Shown here: piece after piece, positions 1-12,225 of the stretch | How the letters are laid out: each line of letters starts with the position of its first letter | How positions within the stretch are numbered: position 1 is the stretch's first letter | Origin: Squalus acanthias | Lineage: Eukaryota | DNA: 64,000 bases | NCBI GenBank assembly: GCA_030390025.1 | Contig: CM059431.1 | Span: 158,350,001-158,414,000 of the forward strand | Direction: 5' to 3' | Position numbers and translations under genes: made by a program | Notes under the pieces: model-generated | Databases searched by the model: none | What the model saw: the letters and a program-made list of their open reading frames with translations, nothing else | Told to the model about the DNA's origin: nothing

Positions 1-662
1 TCAGCTTTATTCACCATACTTTATTAATATATGTGTTACATAACTTCAGGAAATATTCGAAAAGAGATCAGATAGACATCATGAATGAGACTCGGAATTG
101 TATTTTTAATAGGACATGATGGCTGTCATGACAGGAGATGCCGATAATGTTGATGTCCCTGAGGATTGGGCAGCAGAATGAACGTGAAGGTTTAAAGTTG
201 CGTAACCCCTGGACTGGATGAATTTTTCGAGTGCTTGGTGAGACGTAGAATAATGCAGATTTTTTGAGGTTGTTAATTATAAGTAATAACTGTGGCAAGG
301 AACTTGGTAGATAGGCAGGTAGAATCAGCCATGCAGTGAAGCTGGAATGAGAAAAGAAAAGGAAGCAACGACTTGGATATGTTCAGTAGAAAGTTCTAGA
401 AATTGGTGCCACCGGCAGTGACTCACACGAATCGTCTCGTTTAATTAAAATGCACGTCTGCTTTGCTAAAGAACGGACAGAATTTCTCGGCCGTGAGCGA
501 CAGCTTATTTTAAATATGTCAGTTAATTTATTTTCCTGAGATTGGATATATGTGGCTATTAGTTGTTCTATCTAGCTCCAGGATATCCATTGGGACTTTG
601 CTGAGGACGCGTGATGCTTGTGCTGCTAGTGGTATCTTATTCAAATATTCATTACAATATTT

Positions 663-1417
663 AGCACGTAATTTCAGTTAGGAGGATTCCTGCGTGCGGA
701 TGCCTCCTATCGGGAAGAAATCTACGCCCTAACCTGAGGGCTCCCGAGGAGGAGACATTTCCGATCCTGGGCCTGTCCACAGTAGAAATGCGCAGGGCCC
801 ACCTGATCCCAGGGACGCTTGCGAAGCTCGTGAGCCCCTGAGATATGTGGACAGGCGGGGGAATAGAAGGGAATCTCACTTCATACCTTTGACAGATAGA
901 CCTGTCAAAGGTATGAATGGAGATCACCCCAAAAACAAATCAAAACAATAAATACATTTTTAAAAAGCATCGCCCTTTTAAAATTAGAAACATTTAGATT
1001 AATTTAAATAATTTAAACAAAAATGTAATGTTTTGAAAAAAAATTAAAGAAATTTACGGAGCTAAAATTAAACTTACCTTATTTAGAAGTACCTTTTAAT
1101 TATAAATGAGTGAAAAAATATATATATTTTTACTTTTTTAAACTCCTGTGCTGGGAAAAGCAGGCCTTACGCCTGCTTTTACCAGGAGTACGATTTTTAA
1201 GTGTTTTCAAGAGCGGATGTCGTGCAGCAAGCGGAAATCTCCACCCGCAGAGTCCCTTCTCTGGGGCAAGCGTCCGATCTGTCAAGATGATTTTTGACAG
1301 AGCGGAAATGCCGGTTTTCAGCGCATGCGCTTCGCATGCCTGAAACCGGCATTACCGATGACCCTACGGGTGTGTACACAGCGCGTACTCACACGTAGGC
1401 ATCGGAAAATACGAGCC
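663..1417. mobile_element. MITE A, a non-autonomous TIR element, probably PIF/Harbinger-like; other copies at 7596-8350, ~16013-16742 (5' end deleted) and 36410-37086
   Basis: Imperfect TIRs ggcccgtaatttccg...cggaaaatacgagcc (clearest in units 2 and 4), AT-rich core, internal palindromes (tttgacag...ctgtcaaa), no coding capacity. Confidence 0.7.
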
Positions 1418-2163
1418 ATTGTGTCTTGGCGTGTTCCTTGCAATCCTGAAATTTGAATTAATTGCTCCTTGGATAGCATTGCATTTATGTCCGATTACAG
1501 AAACAACAGTAACCCGAATCCCTGCAGATATACGGCCAAGGTAAATAGCTTAACTGCAAGACGTTTTCCAGTGAATTATCAGTTGATTAGAGAGTCTCTT
1601 TTTGCAGATGGTTTTTGCCTGTCACTTATGCGGCACAAATGTAATCTGCTAATTATCCACCAAAACTGGCATTTTGACCAGATCTATTAGCATACGGGCA
1701 GGGACTGTTTAGTTACCTGAGGAATTGGGAATGGAATTGAACACTGCAATCATCAGTGTACAGCCCAAATTATGACCGTATGACAGAAAAAAATTAATTG
1801 ATGATGCAGCTGACGATATTTGGGTCGAGTATTCTTCCACGATGAACTCATGGTTATAACATGAGATGCAGTTCTCTTCTTATTTAACGCATTAAAAACG
1901 ACAAGTTCTGCTTCCTTTGAGGCAATATTAGCTGTAATCTAAGAGCACGTAAAAGGGTGGGCCGTGAGATGGCTGTTATCATTCACCACATGGCTATTAA
2001 GTCATCGCACCACCACACCTACGCCGCGAACATAAAGTCGACAGAGAATACAACCTTTAAACAAGCAAAGCCATGCCGTTCCAGACCGACTTGAACAATC
2101 TCCCAAAAACCCTTCTCAAATTTCTGAGGCCATTTAGACAATTCCAACATATATGTAGCATAC

Positions 2164-2333
2164 CTTATGAATTGTTTCAGTAAACACGTTTGCATCTAAG
2201 AGCGATTGACTAACAGCTTCCACGAATTCTTCAATGGACGATTCTAGTCTCTGACGGTAGCAGCCGATAATTCTTCCAAGCTGGATATCCGTGTAGATCG
2301 CCAACATTAGTAACATTTTAGTCTCTGAATGTT
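2164..2333 (-). CDS. Exon B copy 1 (170 nt, phase 1 to 0): first half of an NLR-type N-terminal death-fold-like domain, EHSETKMLLMLAIYTDIQLGRIIGCYRQRLESSIEEFVEAVSQSLLDANVFTETIHK
   Basis: Acceptor tttacacttttacag|, donor AAG|gtatgc, open frame. The YRQRLESSIEE.VE motif resembles the YRDRLEQAIEEGVE-type N-terminus of shark NLRP3-like proteins (from recall, not a search). Confidence 0.8.
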
Positions 2334-4357
2334 CTGTAAAAGTGTAAATGAGAACAGGTTACAATACTATGTTTGCTTTGAAGCAATGAATAATTTGAAC
2401 TAACTTTTAGAGCAGCAGCTTTTCTTTAGAGCCTTTCAAACAGTGAGACGGCCAATGGCGCCTCACAGAGCAGGAATTTAGAGTTAAAGCTGCCTCTTTT
2501 TCGTAGAGTTAAGAGAAACGACCTAGATCTTGCAACATGTGGAGGTTGTTTGAAGTAAGTAGGAAGTAAAGAGTGAAAGCCCAAGGGAACGGATTCCAGA
2601 CAGTGGTGCTAACGACTTTGTTGGAGTCTGGAGCAGAGGAACCAATAATCTGGGGACCACAGCAAAGGGAGAGGATGGACCAGAAATAAAAGAGGGTTTC
2701 TGAAGAAGACTGCAAAATTAAGACGCTCGAGACCGTTAAGGGAATTGTAGATGATTAGGAGTCTTTCACAAATTGTCTGGGATAGGAAGTGAATGTAGGT
2801 CACCGACGAATGGGATTATGGATAAGTGGTACTGAGGGTGAATTGATGAATTTAAGCAGTCGAGCCCTGGAGATTCTATCTGGCCGTGCCCAAAAGTCGT
2901 TTAAGGAATTGAGTCTAAACCTCACAAAAGCGTATCTAAATCACGAGAAAATGTTCATATGTTATCATATATGCAGAAAATTAAAATATGATGGTTGCGG
3001 ACGGTGATCTCAGAATCCATTCGAAATTTATTGCTTGGAATCACTAGATGCTGCTGAGCAATTAGAAATAGTCGTGACTGTCGCTTGTTAGCCTAAAGAG
3101 CTAATAAATAATGCACAGATAGTTAAAGAAAGTAACAGTAAATGCAAGCTCATTCCTTCTTTCTTGGGAAAACTAAACTGCGATACAGACCGGTGAAATT
3201 GAAATACTGTGAATCTAAATGTACTCAAAATAATTTGATAGATATCAATACAACAATTACAAGAACACACCATTGGGATAAAGTTATTGATATCAAATTG
3301 AAATAATAATTAAATCTCAAATACCACATCTGAAACATGACAATAGCTGGTAGGAATCATAATTGAATGTACCTGATTCTAAAATGCCTATCGATGGAAG
3401 TAGAAAGACCTGCGAGATACTAAATAAAGAACGGCCCGGAAATAGTGGTCAGCGCGAAGCAAAGGCATTTGCTGCGGCCACAAAGTAAGCTTGACACAAA
3501 GATCTCGCAATCAGGTTTTCCGAATTGTAATTCAAATCAACGGAGCATCATTGGGAATCCCGAGTGCAAGCTGCTGTGAAGTCAACAGGCTGTCTAAGCA
3601 TCCAACCAAAACGCAGAATTCTCACAGACAGCGAACAAGGAAGTGAATAAGCTGTTAAACTTCTAACATTTAAAACAATGATTGGGCGAACGAAACAAAT
3701 ATTGGGGCTCTAACATGGGGAAAATGCAAAGCAGAAATAAGGAGGAAAAATCCTTTAAAATAATTACATTTTCATAATAATGTTAATTTTTATTGAATTG
3801 AATAAAGTTGTCTCTGCACAAAATTTAAATTAGATTTTCTGGCCATCACATTTGTTTAGAATTCAATACGCTGTTGCAATCCAGTTACACCCTTCCCTTT
3901 CAGTCAAACTTTTAGTGGGGAATTCAAGAGCACAATTAATGTGAAAGAGCCGAAGATTACATCACTTTCAATGATTTGAGAGATTTCCCTGATTACCAGC
4001 TTTGGGTGGGCACAGCGCAGCCTCTGCCATTTTATTGGAGTCAAAGGATGGGAACATAGGACCGAGCGAACAACGGGCAGCAGATGCAATACCGGCCGTT
4101 TTTCGGCGAGGCCAAAACACAGGCCGTATCGCATCCATCGACTGTTATACGCTGCGTCCGAATAAACTTGAATTGAGCTGAATATCGGGCGTGTGTGTAA
4201 CTATCGGCAAATGTTAACCGGCCATTGTGTGTCCCCGACAATTAGAATTTCATCCTCCTGGACATTAACTTAAAATAAGTTCCTCGACATAAATAATGAA
4301 CTCTCTTACTCTGAAAGTAAACGAGATCTTTTGCAATTAGATTTTGACATCGCCTAC

Positions 4358-4556
4358 CTTCTTGATCATGTTTTGTCCCTGTATCTCTGTTCAGTATCTC
4401 TGACAATGTCGCTTTCAGTTTGGGTTTTGTACTCTGCAGTTGAAGAAATATGTTCCACATTGTTCTTTCTCCCCGAGCTCCCTTTTCCAGCACGGTATCG
4501 AAAATGCGTTGGGAAGCATCGTTTCTGCGCGAACTTTCAGCAAGTGTACTGATTTC
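4358..4556 (-). CDS. Exon A copy 1 (199 nt, phase 0 to 1): second half of the domain plus linker, EISTLAESSRRNDASQRIFDTVLEKGARGERTMWNIFLQLQSTKPKLKATLSEILNRDTGTKHDQEG
   Basis: Acceptor atgtttttag|GAA, donor GAAG|gtaggc conserved in all three copies, open frame. Resembles the VMEKGSRARRVMWESF...PKLDKILKEI motif of shark NLRs (from recall). Confidence 0.8.
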
Positions 4557-6023
4557 CTAAAAACATATTGCAATCATATTGAAAAAAAGTATTTTACAAA
4601 ATCAGCTAAGAAACGTCGGTTTTGTTTCTCCCTCTCTTTATGGGAGGAATGAATAGCCAAACTCACAATCAGGTGACCAAAATCTATGTCAGCGAGATAA
4701 GTTATAATAAGCGTCACTAAAGAGCAGGGAATGCCAGACGGCCGGTGAGGATTACAGAGTTCATTCCACAGTTTAGGACCGAGGCAGCACAACGCACGGC
4801 TACCAATGGTGGCGTGAAGAGAATCGGGGTTGCGCAATGGTGCAGAATTTGACGAGCACCGGGATCACGGAGGACTGTAGGGCTGGAGGATGTTGCAGAG
4901 ATAGAGAGGACCAGCGTTGAGTCACCGAGGGTAGCTGAATTTTCTCAACTGATATGAAAAAATGTTAAGTGCCAAATAAAAGTGGAAAGGTCAGATTTCA
5001 AGAAAATGGTTCGTGCAAAATGAAGCATTATTTGTTGTTAGTAACAGCAATGTTCTGGAAAGTTCACAACGTGCTTTTAGAAACTCAAACTGCACAGATC
5101 GTAAAACAATGCGGGTGAAATTGGAATCGGCCAGTCGCATGACAGGTGCTGATAGCGAATGGGCGGCTCGTGTTACACGCATCCGTATTTCTTTACCATT
5201 GATTGCAATTAGAATTCCGTTCATTTCAAGTATCATTCACCGAAACAGCAGCACAAGCTTTTCAGTCAATCCTTCATCTTCTATATGAACAATTTGCTTT
5301 GAATACCTGAAGAGTTCTGTCTTATGAGTAACTATTTTATTTGAAGTGTTTATGAAATGTGATCATTGTCCCGAATTCTGTCTCATGCCAATCACCAAAT
5401 CCTTAAACTGTTAACGTGTTACCATCTGCTCGTTAACCTCTATGTTTCTTTGATTTGATTTATATAATCAACCCCCTACATTCAATTTGTAAATCTCCAT
5501 GTCATTTCCTTTTCTATGCACATCCAAGTAATTCTTGTATGTGCTCCACCCGTTTTATTATCGTGTAATTCCTATATATCGTATCGCAATCATTTCCTTC
5601 TTGGTACCTTCGTATTGCTTCCCGACGGAATTATCTGATCCATTCCGTCCCAATATATCTGGGCTAGTGTGTTCTTGATTTGTTGAAATTTGTTATCCTG
5701 TACATATATATTGCTTTGATTTACTGTTCTTCTGAATTCTAATGATATCATTGCTTCTTAGATATCCGTTATCCGTTTGCAGTTATGGATCCAATACTCA
5801 TTCCTTCCCTGTTGTTCTGGAAACGTACCCATCTATCTCACGTCCTGGATACGTGGCAGATAGCACACTCCCTCTTCCACCCGTACATCACTTCTATACT
5901 TTAGATAATTTAAGTCCCCCATATCTCTGATACGCTCGCTAAAATGTCTCCATTTTTTAATATATCGCTTCCTCAATTCGTGACCCACCACATGTGAATG
6001 AAAATGAACCCCTCATAGTTAAT

Positions 6024-6841
6024 GGCCAGGTTTTTCGATCGCAGGAATCCCGGGTGCGCAGGTTTGCAATCTAGAAAAATCTACGCCCTTATCTTCGGGT
6101 TCCGGGGACGCACACGATTCCTATCCTGGGCCTCTCCAATCTCCACTTGCGCAGGGCCCTAATATCCCAGAGGCACAGGCAGATTACAGGGAGCATGGGT
6201 TCATGTTGGCCATGCGGAGCTAATCAAAGTAGGGAAACTGCATTCATACACTTGACAGGAAGACCTTTCAAATATATGAATGGAGATCACCCCAAAAACA
6301 TAGTGGCCCAGAAATTCCTTTCGCAGGCCGTCCGCGGGCGGAGGACTGCGATCTGGAAAAATCTGTGCCTGTACCGGAGGGGTCCCGGGAGGCGCAGAGT
6401 TCCGTTGCTTGGTCTCTCCAAACTTCCGGTGCGCAGGGCCCACGTATCCCAGAGGCGCAGGCGGTTCGCAGCGTCCCTGGGATCACGTAGGGAGCCAATC
6501 AGAGAAGGGATTCTCCCTTCATACATTTGACAGGAAGACCTGTCAAATATATGAATGGAATTCACCCCCAAACATAGTAAAAGCACGCCTTAGCCCTGCT
6601 TTTACCAGGCATACGATTTCTAATGGTTTTCTGCAGGCGTGGGTTCTCCAGACAGCGGAACTATCCGTCCGCAGAGGACCTTCTCCAGGCTAGGCGTCCA
6701 ATCTGTCAAGAGCATTCTTGACAGATCGGAAATTACGGATTTCAGCGCATGCGCTCGGCATTCCAAAAACCGGCATTTCCGATGTCCCTGCGGTTGTGTA
6801 CACAGCGCGTACACACCCGTAAGGATCGGAATATCCGGCCC
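6024..6841. mobile_element. MITE C, related to MITE A, with an internal ~280-bp duplication; other copies at 13693-14510 and 34835-35653
   Basis: Imperfect TIRs ggccaggtttttcgatc...gatcggaatatccggcc(c) flanked by ttaat/attaa. Shares internal motifs with MITE A (cgcagggccc, tatgaatggagatcacccc, cagcgcatgcgc). Confidence 0.65.
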
Positions 6842-8353
6842 ATTAACGCCAGCTCCCAGCCGTGCGCTTACATTAACCATGTCTTCATATCATAACTTCC
6901 TAGAGCATCATCAGACAATCGCTTCATTCAACTAATCAGCTTTATTCACCATGCTTTATTAATATATGTGTTACATAACTTCAGAAAATATTCGAAAAGG
7001 GATCAGATAGACATCATGGATGAGACTCGGAATTTTATTTTAAATAGGACATGATGGCTGTCATGACTGGAGATGCGGGAATGTTATGTCCCAGAGTATT
7101 GGGGAGAAGAATGAAGGTGAAGTCTTAAATTTGCATAACCCATGGACTGGATGAATTTTGCGAGTGCTTGGTGAGACGTAGAATAATGCAGATATTTGGA
7201 GGTTGTTAATTATAAATAATAACTGTGGCAGGGAAGTTGGTAGATAGGCAGGTAGAATCAGCCATGCAGTGAAGTTGGAAGGAGAAAAGAAATGGAAGCA
7301 ACGACTTGGATATGTTCAGTAGAAAGTTCTAGAAATTGGTGCCACCAGCAGTGACTCACACGACTCGTCTCGTTTAATTAAAATGCTCGTCTGCTTTGCT
7401 AAAAAACGGACAGAATTTCTCGGCCCTGAGCGACAGCTTATTTTAAATATGTCAGTTAATTTCTCTTCCTGAGATTAGATATATGTGGCTATTAGATGTT
7501 CTATATAGCTCCAGGATATCCATTGGGTCTTTGCTGAGGACGCGTGATGCTTGTGATGCTAGTGGTATCTTATTCAAATATTCATTACAATATTTGGCCC
7601 GTAATTTCCGTTAGGAGGCTTCCTGCGTGCGCATGCCTCCTATCGGGAAGAAATCTGCGCCCTTACCTGAGGGCTCCCGAGGAGGAGCCATTTCCGATCC
7701 TGGGCCTGTCCACAGTAGAAATGCGCAAGGCCCACCTGAACCCAGGGACGCTTGCGAAGCTCGTGAGCCCCTGAGGTAGGTGGACAGGCGAGAGAATAGA
7801 AGGGAATCTCCCTTCATACCTTTGAAGATAGACCTGTCAAAGGTATGAATGGAGATCACCCCAAAAACAAATCAAAACAATAAATACATTATTAAAAAGC
7901 ATCGCGTTTTTAAAATGAGTAACATTTATATTAATTTAAATATTTTAAACAAAAATGTAATGTTTTGAAAAAGAAATTAAAGATTTTAACGGATCTAAAA
8001 TTATATTTACCGTATTTAGAAGTACTTTAACATTATAATTGAGTGAAAAAATGTATATTTTTTTACTTTTTTAAACTCTTGTGCTGGGAAAAGCAGGCCT
8101 TACGTCTGCTTTTACCAGGAGTACGATTTTTAAGTGTTTTCAAGAGCGGATGTCCTGCAGCAAGCGGAAATCTCCACCCGCAGAGGCCCTTCTCTGGGGC
8201 AAGCGTCCGATCTGTCAAGATGATTCTTGACAGATCGGAAATGCCAGTTTTCAGCGCATGCACTTCGCATGCCTGAAACCGGCATTACCGATGTCCCAAC
8301 GGGTGTGTACACAGCGCGTACTCAAACGTAGGCATCGGAAAATACGAGCCATT

Positions 8354-9085
8354 TTCCCAGAAATTAAACATCGATGGTTACCGCGGGGGTAAGGATTCCC
8401 CGCAATATCGCAATCCTCGCCTACCTTTTTGTTTCGGGCCCACAGGAAGTTCAGTTTCAGCGACTCTCCCTGTTGCAACCGAGCAGTGCTTGCGTGTCCC
8501 TGAGGCGCAATTAGTTCGTACGAGCTCTGGAATCACGTGATTCAGTTACAGCCAATGGCAGCACACCATCTTTCATTCATAGTTTTGACAGCAAGGGCTG
8601 TCAAAGCTATGAATACTACAAGACCCCAAAATAACAGCTAAACCTCAATTAAATTTTAAAAAAGCCATCACTTTAATACAATAACTATAGTTAAATAAAT
8701 TAAACATCTTAAAAAAAAATTAAATTTTGAAAAAATTTAAAATCTTTTTAAAAGTTATAAAAATAAACTTACCTTTCTTTAAATTCTCGAAAAAAGATAA
8801 ACCTGTTGAAAAAAATTTAAAATAACACTTAATGTACTACTTACCTTTTTAAAAGGGGGTCTTGCGCCTGCTTTATTTATGTGTAAAATCTTCACCACTT
8901 ACCTGCGCGTTCAAACCGGAAAAAAAAACTAAGTGCACTGTTCACTTACGAACCGCCCCCTTTGCAATACACGAAGTGCCGTTTTCCCGCGCATGCGCAG
9001 TGCATACAGGAAACCGGTAATTCGGGACCGAATACGCGAGAGTGCACAGTGCGTACTCTCGCGTATTCGGTCTAACTTTCTTGCC
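8354..9085. mobile_element. MITE B, directly after MITE A; other copies at 16746-17479 and 37090-37795; absent from unit 1
   Basis: TIRs ggcccagaaatta...taattttcgggcc flanked by ATT on both sides (units 3 and 4). Unit 1 shows the empty site cgagcc-ATT-gtgtcttgg at 1418-1420. Confidence 0.8.
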
Positions 9086-9831
9086 AATGTGTCTTGGCGT
9101 GTTCCTTGCAATCCTGAAATTTGGATGAATTGCTCCTTGGATAGGATGCCATTTATGTCCGATTACAGAAACAACAGTAACCCGAATCCCTGCAGAAATA
9201 CGGCCAAGGTAAATAGCTTAACTGCAAGACGTTTTCCAGTGAATTATCAGTTGATTAGAGAGTCTCTTTCTGCAGATGGTTTTAGCATGTCACTTATGCG
9301 GCACAAAAATTATTTGCTAATTATCCACCAAAACTGGCATGTTGACCAGTTCTTGTTGCATACGGGCATGGAATGTTTAGTTACCTGAGGAATTGGGAAT
9401 GGAATTGAACACTGCAATCATCAGTGTACAACCCAAATGCTGACCGTATGACAGAAAAAAATGAATTGATGATGCAGCTGACGATATTTGGGTCGAGGAT
9501 TCTTCCACGATGAACTCATGGTTATAACATGAGATGCTGTTCTCTTGTTATTTAACGCATTAAAAACCTCAAGTTCAGTTTCCTTTGAGACGATATTAGC
9601 TGTAATCTAAGAGCACGTAAAAGGGTGGGCCGTGAGAAGGTTGTTATCATCCACCCCATGGCTATCAAGTCCTCGCACCACCACACCTTCGCCGCGAACA
9701 TAAAGGCGCCAGAGAATACAACCTTTACAGCAGCAAAGCCATGCCGTTCCAGACCGACTTGAACAATCTCCCACCAACCCGTCTCAAATTTCTGAGGCCA
9801 TTTAGACAATTCCAACATATATGTAGCATAC

Positions 9832-10001
9832 CTTATGAATTGTTTCAGTAAACACGTTTGCATCTAAGAGCAATTGACTAACAGCTTCCACGAATTCTTC
9901 AATTGACGATTCTAGTCTCTGACGGTAGCAGCCGATAATTCTTCGAAGCTGGATATCCGTGTAGCTCGCCAACATTAGTAACATTTTAGTATCTGAATTT
10001 T
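9832..10001 (-). CDS. Exon B copy 2 (170 nt, intact)
   Basis: Same AG/GT sites as copy 1; open frame MLLMLASYTDIQLRRIIGCYRQRLESSIEEFVEAVSQLLLDANVFTETIHK. Confidence 0.8.
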
Positions 10002-12026
10002 CTGTAAAAGTGTAAATGAGAACAGATTACAATACTATGTTTGCTTTGAAGCAATGCACAATTTGAACTAACTATTATAGCAGCAGCATTTCTTTAGAGC
10101 CTTTCAAACAGTGAGACGGCCAATGGCGCCTCACAGAGCAGGAATTTAGAGTTAAACTGCCTCTTTTTCGTAGAGTTAAGAGAAACGACCTAGTACTTGC
10201 AAAATGCGGAGGTTGTTTAAAGTAAGTAGGAAATAAAGAGAGGAAGCCTAAGGCAACGGATTCTAACCAGTGGTGCTGACGACTTTGTTGGAGTCCGGAG
10301 CAGAGGAACCAATAATCTGGGGACCACAGCAAAGGGAGAGGATGGACCAGAAAGAAAAGAGGGTTTCTGAAGAAGACTGTAGAATTAAGACGCTCGAGAC
10401 CGTAAAGGGATTTGTAGATGAGTAGGAGTCTTTCACAAATTGTCTGGGATAGCAAGTGAATGTCGGTCACCGACGAATGGGATTATGGATTAGTGGAAAT
10501 GAGAGTGAACTGATGAATTGAAGCAGTCGAGCTCTGGAGATTCTATCTGGAAGTGCCCTTAAGTCGTTTAAGGAATCGAGTCTCAACGTCACAAAAGCGT
10601 ATGTAAATCAGGAGCAAATATTCATATGTTATCATATATCCAGAAAATTAAAATATGATGGTTGCGGACGGTGATCTGAGAATCCATTCGAAATTTATTG
10701 CTTGGAATCACCAGATGCTGCTGATCAATTAGAAATAGTCGTGACTGTCGCTTGTTAGCCTAAAGAGCTAATAAATAATGCACAGATAGTTAAAGAAAGT
10801 AACAGTAAATGCAAGCTCATTCATTCTTTCTTGGGAAAACTAATCTGCGATACGGACCGGAGAAATTGAAATACTGTTAATCTAATTGTACTCAAAATAA
10901 ATTTGATAGATATCAATACAACAATTACAAGAACACAACATTGGGAAAAAGTAATTGATATCAAATTGAAATAATAACTAAATCTCAAATACCACATCTG
11001 AAACATGACAATAGCTGGTAGGAATTATAATTGAAAGTAACTGATTCTAAAATGCCAATCGATGGAAGTAGAAAGACCTGAGAGATACTACATAAAGAAC
11101 GGCCCGGAATCAGCGGTCAGCGCGAAGCAAAGTCATTTGCTGCGGACACAAAGTAAGCTTGACACAAAGATCTCGCAATCAGGTTTTCCGAAGTGTAATT
11201 CAAATCAACCGAGCATCATTGGGAATCCCGAGTGCAAGCTGCTGTGAAGTCAACAGGCTGTCTAAGCATCCAACCAAACCGCAGAATTCTCACAGACAGC
11301 GAACAAGGAAATGAATAAGCTGTTAAACTTCTAACATTTAAAAAAAATGATTCAGCGAACGAAACAAATATTGGGGCTCTAACATGGGGAAAATGCAAAG
11401 CAGAAATAAGTAGGAAAAAGCTTTTAAAATAATTACATTTTCAGAATAATTTTAATTTTTATTTAAATGAATAAAGTTGTCTCTGCACAAAATTTAAATT
11501 AGATTTTCTGGCCATCACATTTGTTTAGAATTCAATACGCTGTTGCAATCCAGTTACACCCTTCCCTCTCAGTCAAACTTTTAGTGGGGAATTCAAGAGC
11601 GCAATTATTGTGAAATTGCCGAATATTACATCAGTTTCCCTGATTTGAGAGATTTCCCTGATTACCGGCTCTGGGTGGGCACAGCGCAGCCTCTGAAATT
11701 TTATTGGAGTCAAAGGAAGGGAACATAGGACCGAGCGAAGAACAGGCAGCAAATGCAATACCTGCCTATTTTCGCCGAGGACAAAACACAGGCCTTATCA
11801 CATCCATCGCCTATTATATGTTGCGCGCGAATAAACTTGAATTGAACTGAATATCGTGCGTGTGTGTAACTTTCGGCAAATGTGACCCGGCCATTGTGTG
11901 TCCCCGACAATTAGAATTTCATTCTCCTGGACATTAACTTAAAATATGTTCCTCGACATAAATAATTAATTCTCTTACTCTGAAAGTAAACGAGATCTTT
12001 TGCAAATAGATTTTGACTTCGCCTAC

Positions 12027-12225
12027 CTTCTAGATCAAGTTTTGTCCCTGTACCTGTCTTCTGTATCTCTGATAATGTCGCTTTCAGTTTGGGTTTTGTA
12101 TTCTGCAGTTGAAGAAATATGTTCCACATTGTTCTTTCTCCCCGAGCTCCCTTTTCCAGCGCGGTATCGAAAATGCGTTGGGAAGCATAGTTTCTGCGCT
12201 GACTTTCAGCAAGTGTACTGATTTC
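12027..12225 (-). CDS. Exon A copy 2 (199 nt, intact)
   Basis: Conserved splice sites; open frame EISTLAESQRRNYASQRIFDTALEKGARGERTMWNIFLQLQNTKPKLKATLSEIQKTGTGTKLDLEG. Confidence 0.8.

Noticed and set aside
5400..5990. Possible extra exon or ancient retroelement in the unit (minus-strand ORF 13426-13629 in unit 2)
   Set aside because: Stops and frames differ between units and no convincing motif or splice pair was found.
661..9388. Recurrent ORFs inside the MITEs (e.g. 6147-6530, 8933-9388)
   Set aside because: They lie in palindromic non-autonomous repeats, have no transposase motifs, and differ in stops and frames between copies.
12052..12053. Alternative exon A donor (ACAG|gtacag) in unit 2
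   Set aside because: Reads AT in units 1 and 3; the donor 27 nt further on (GAAG|gtaggc) is conserved in all copies with the same phase.
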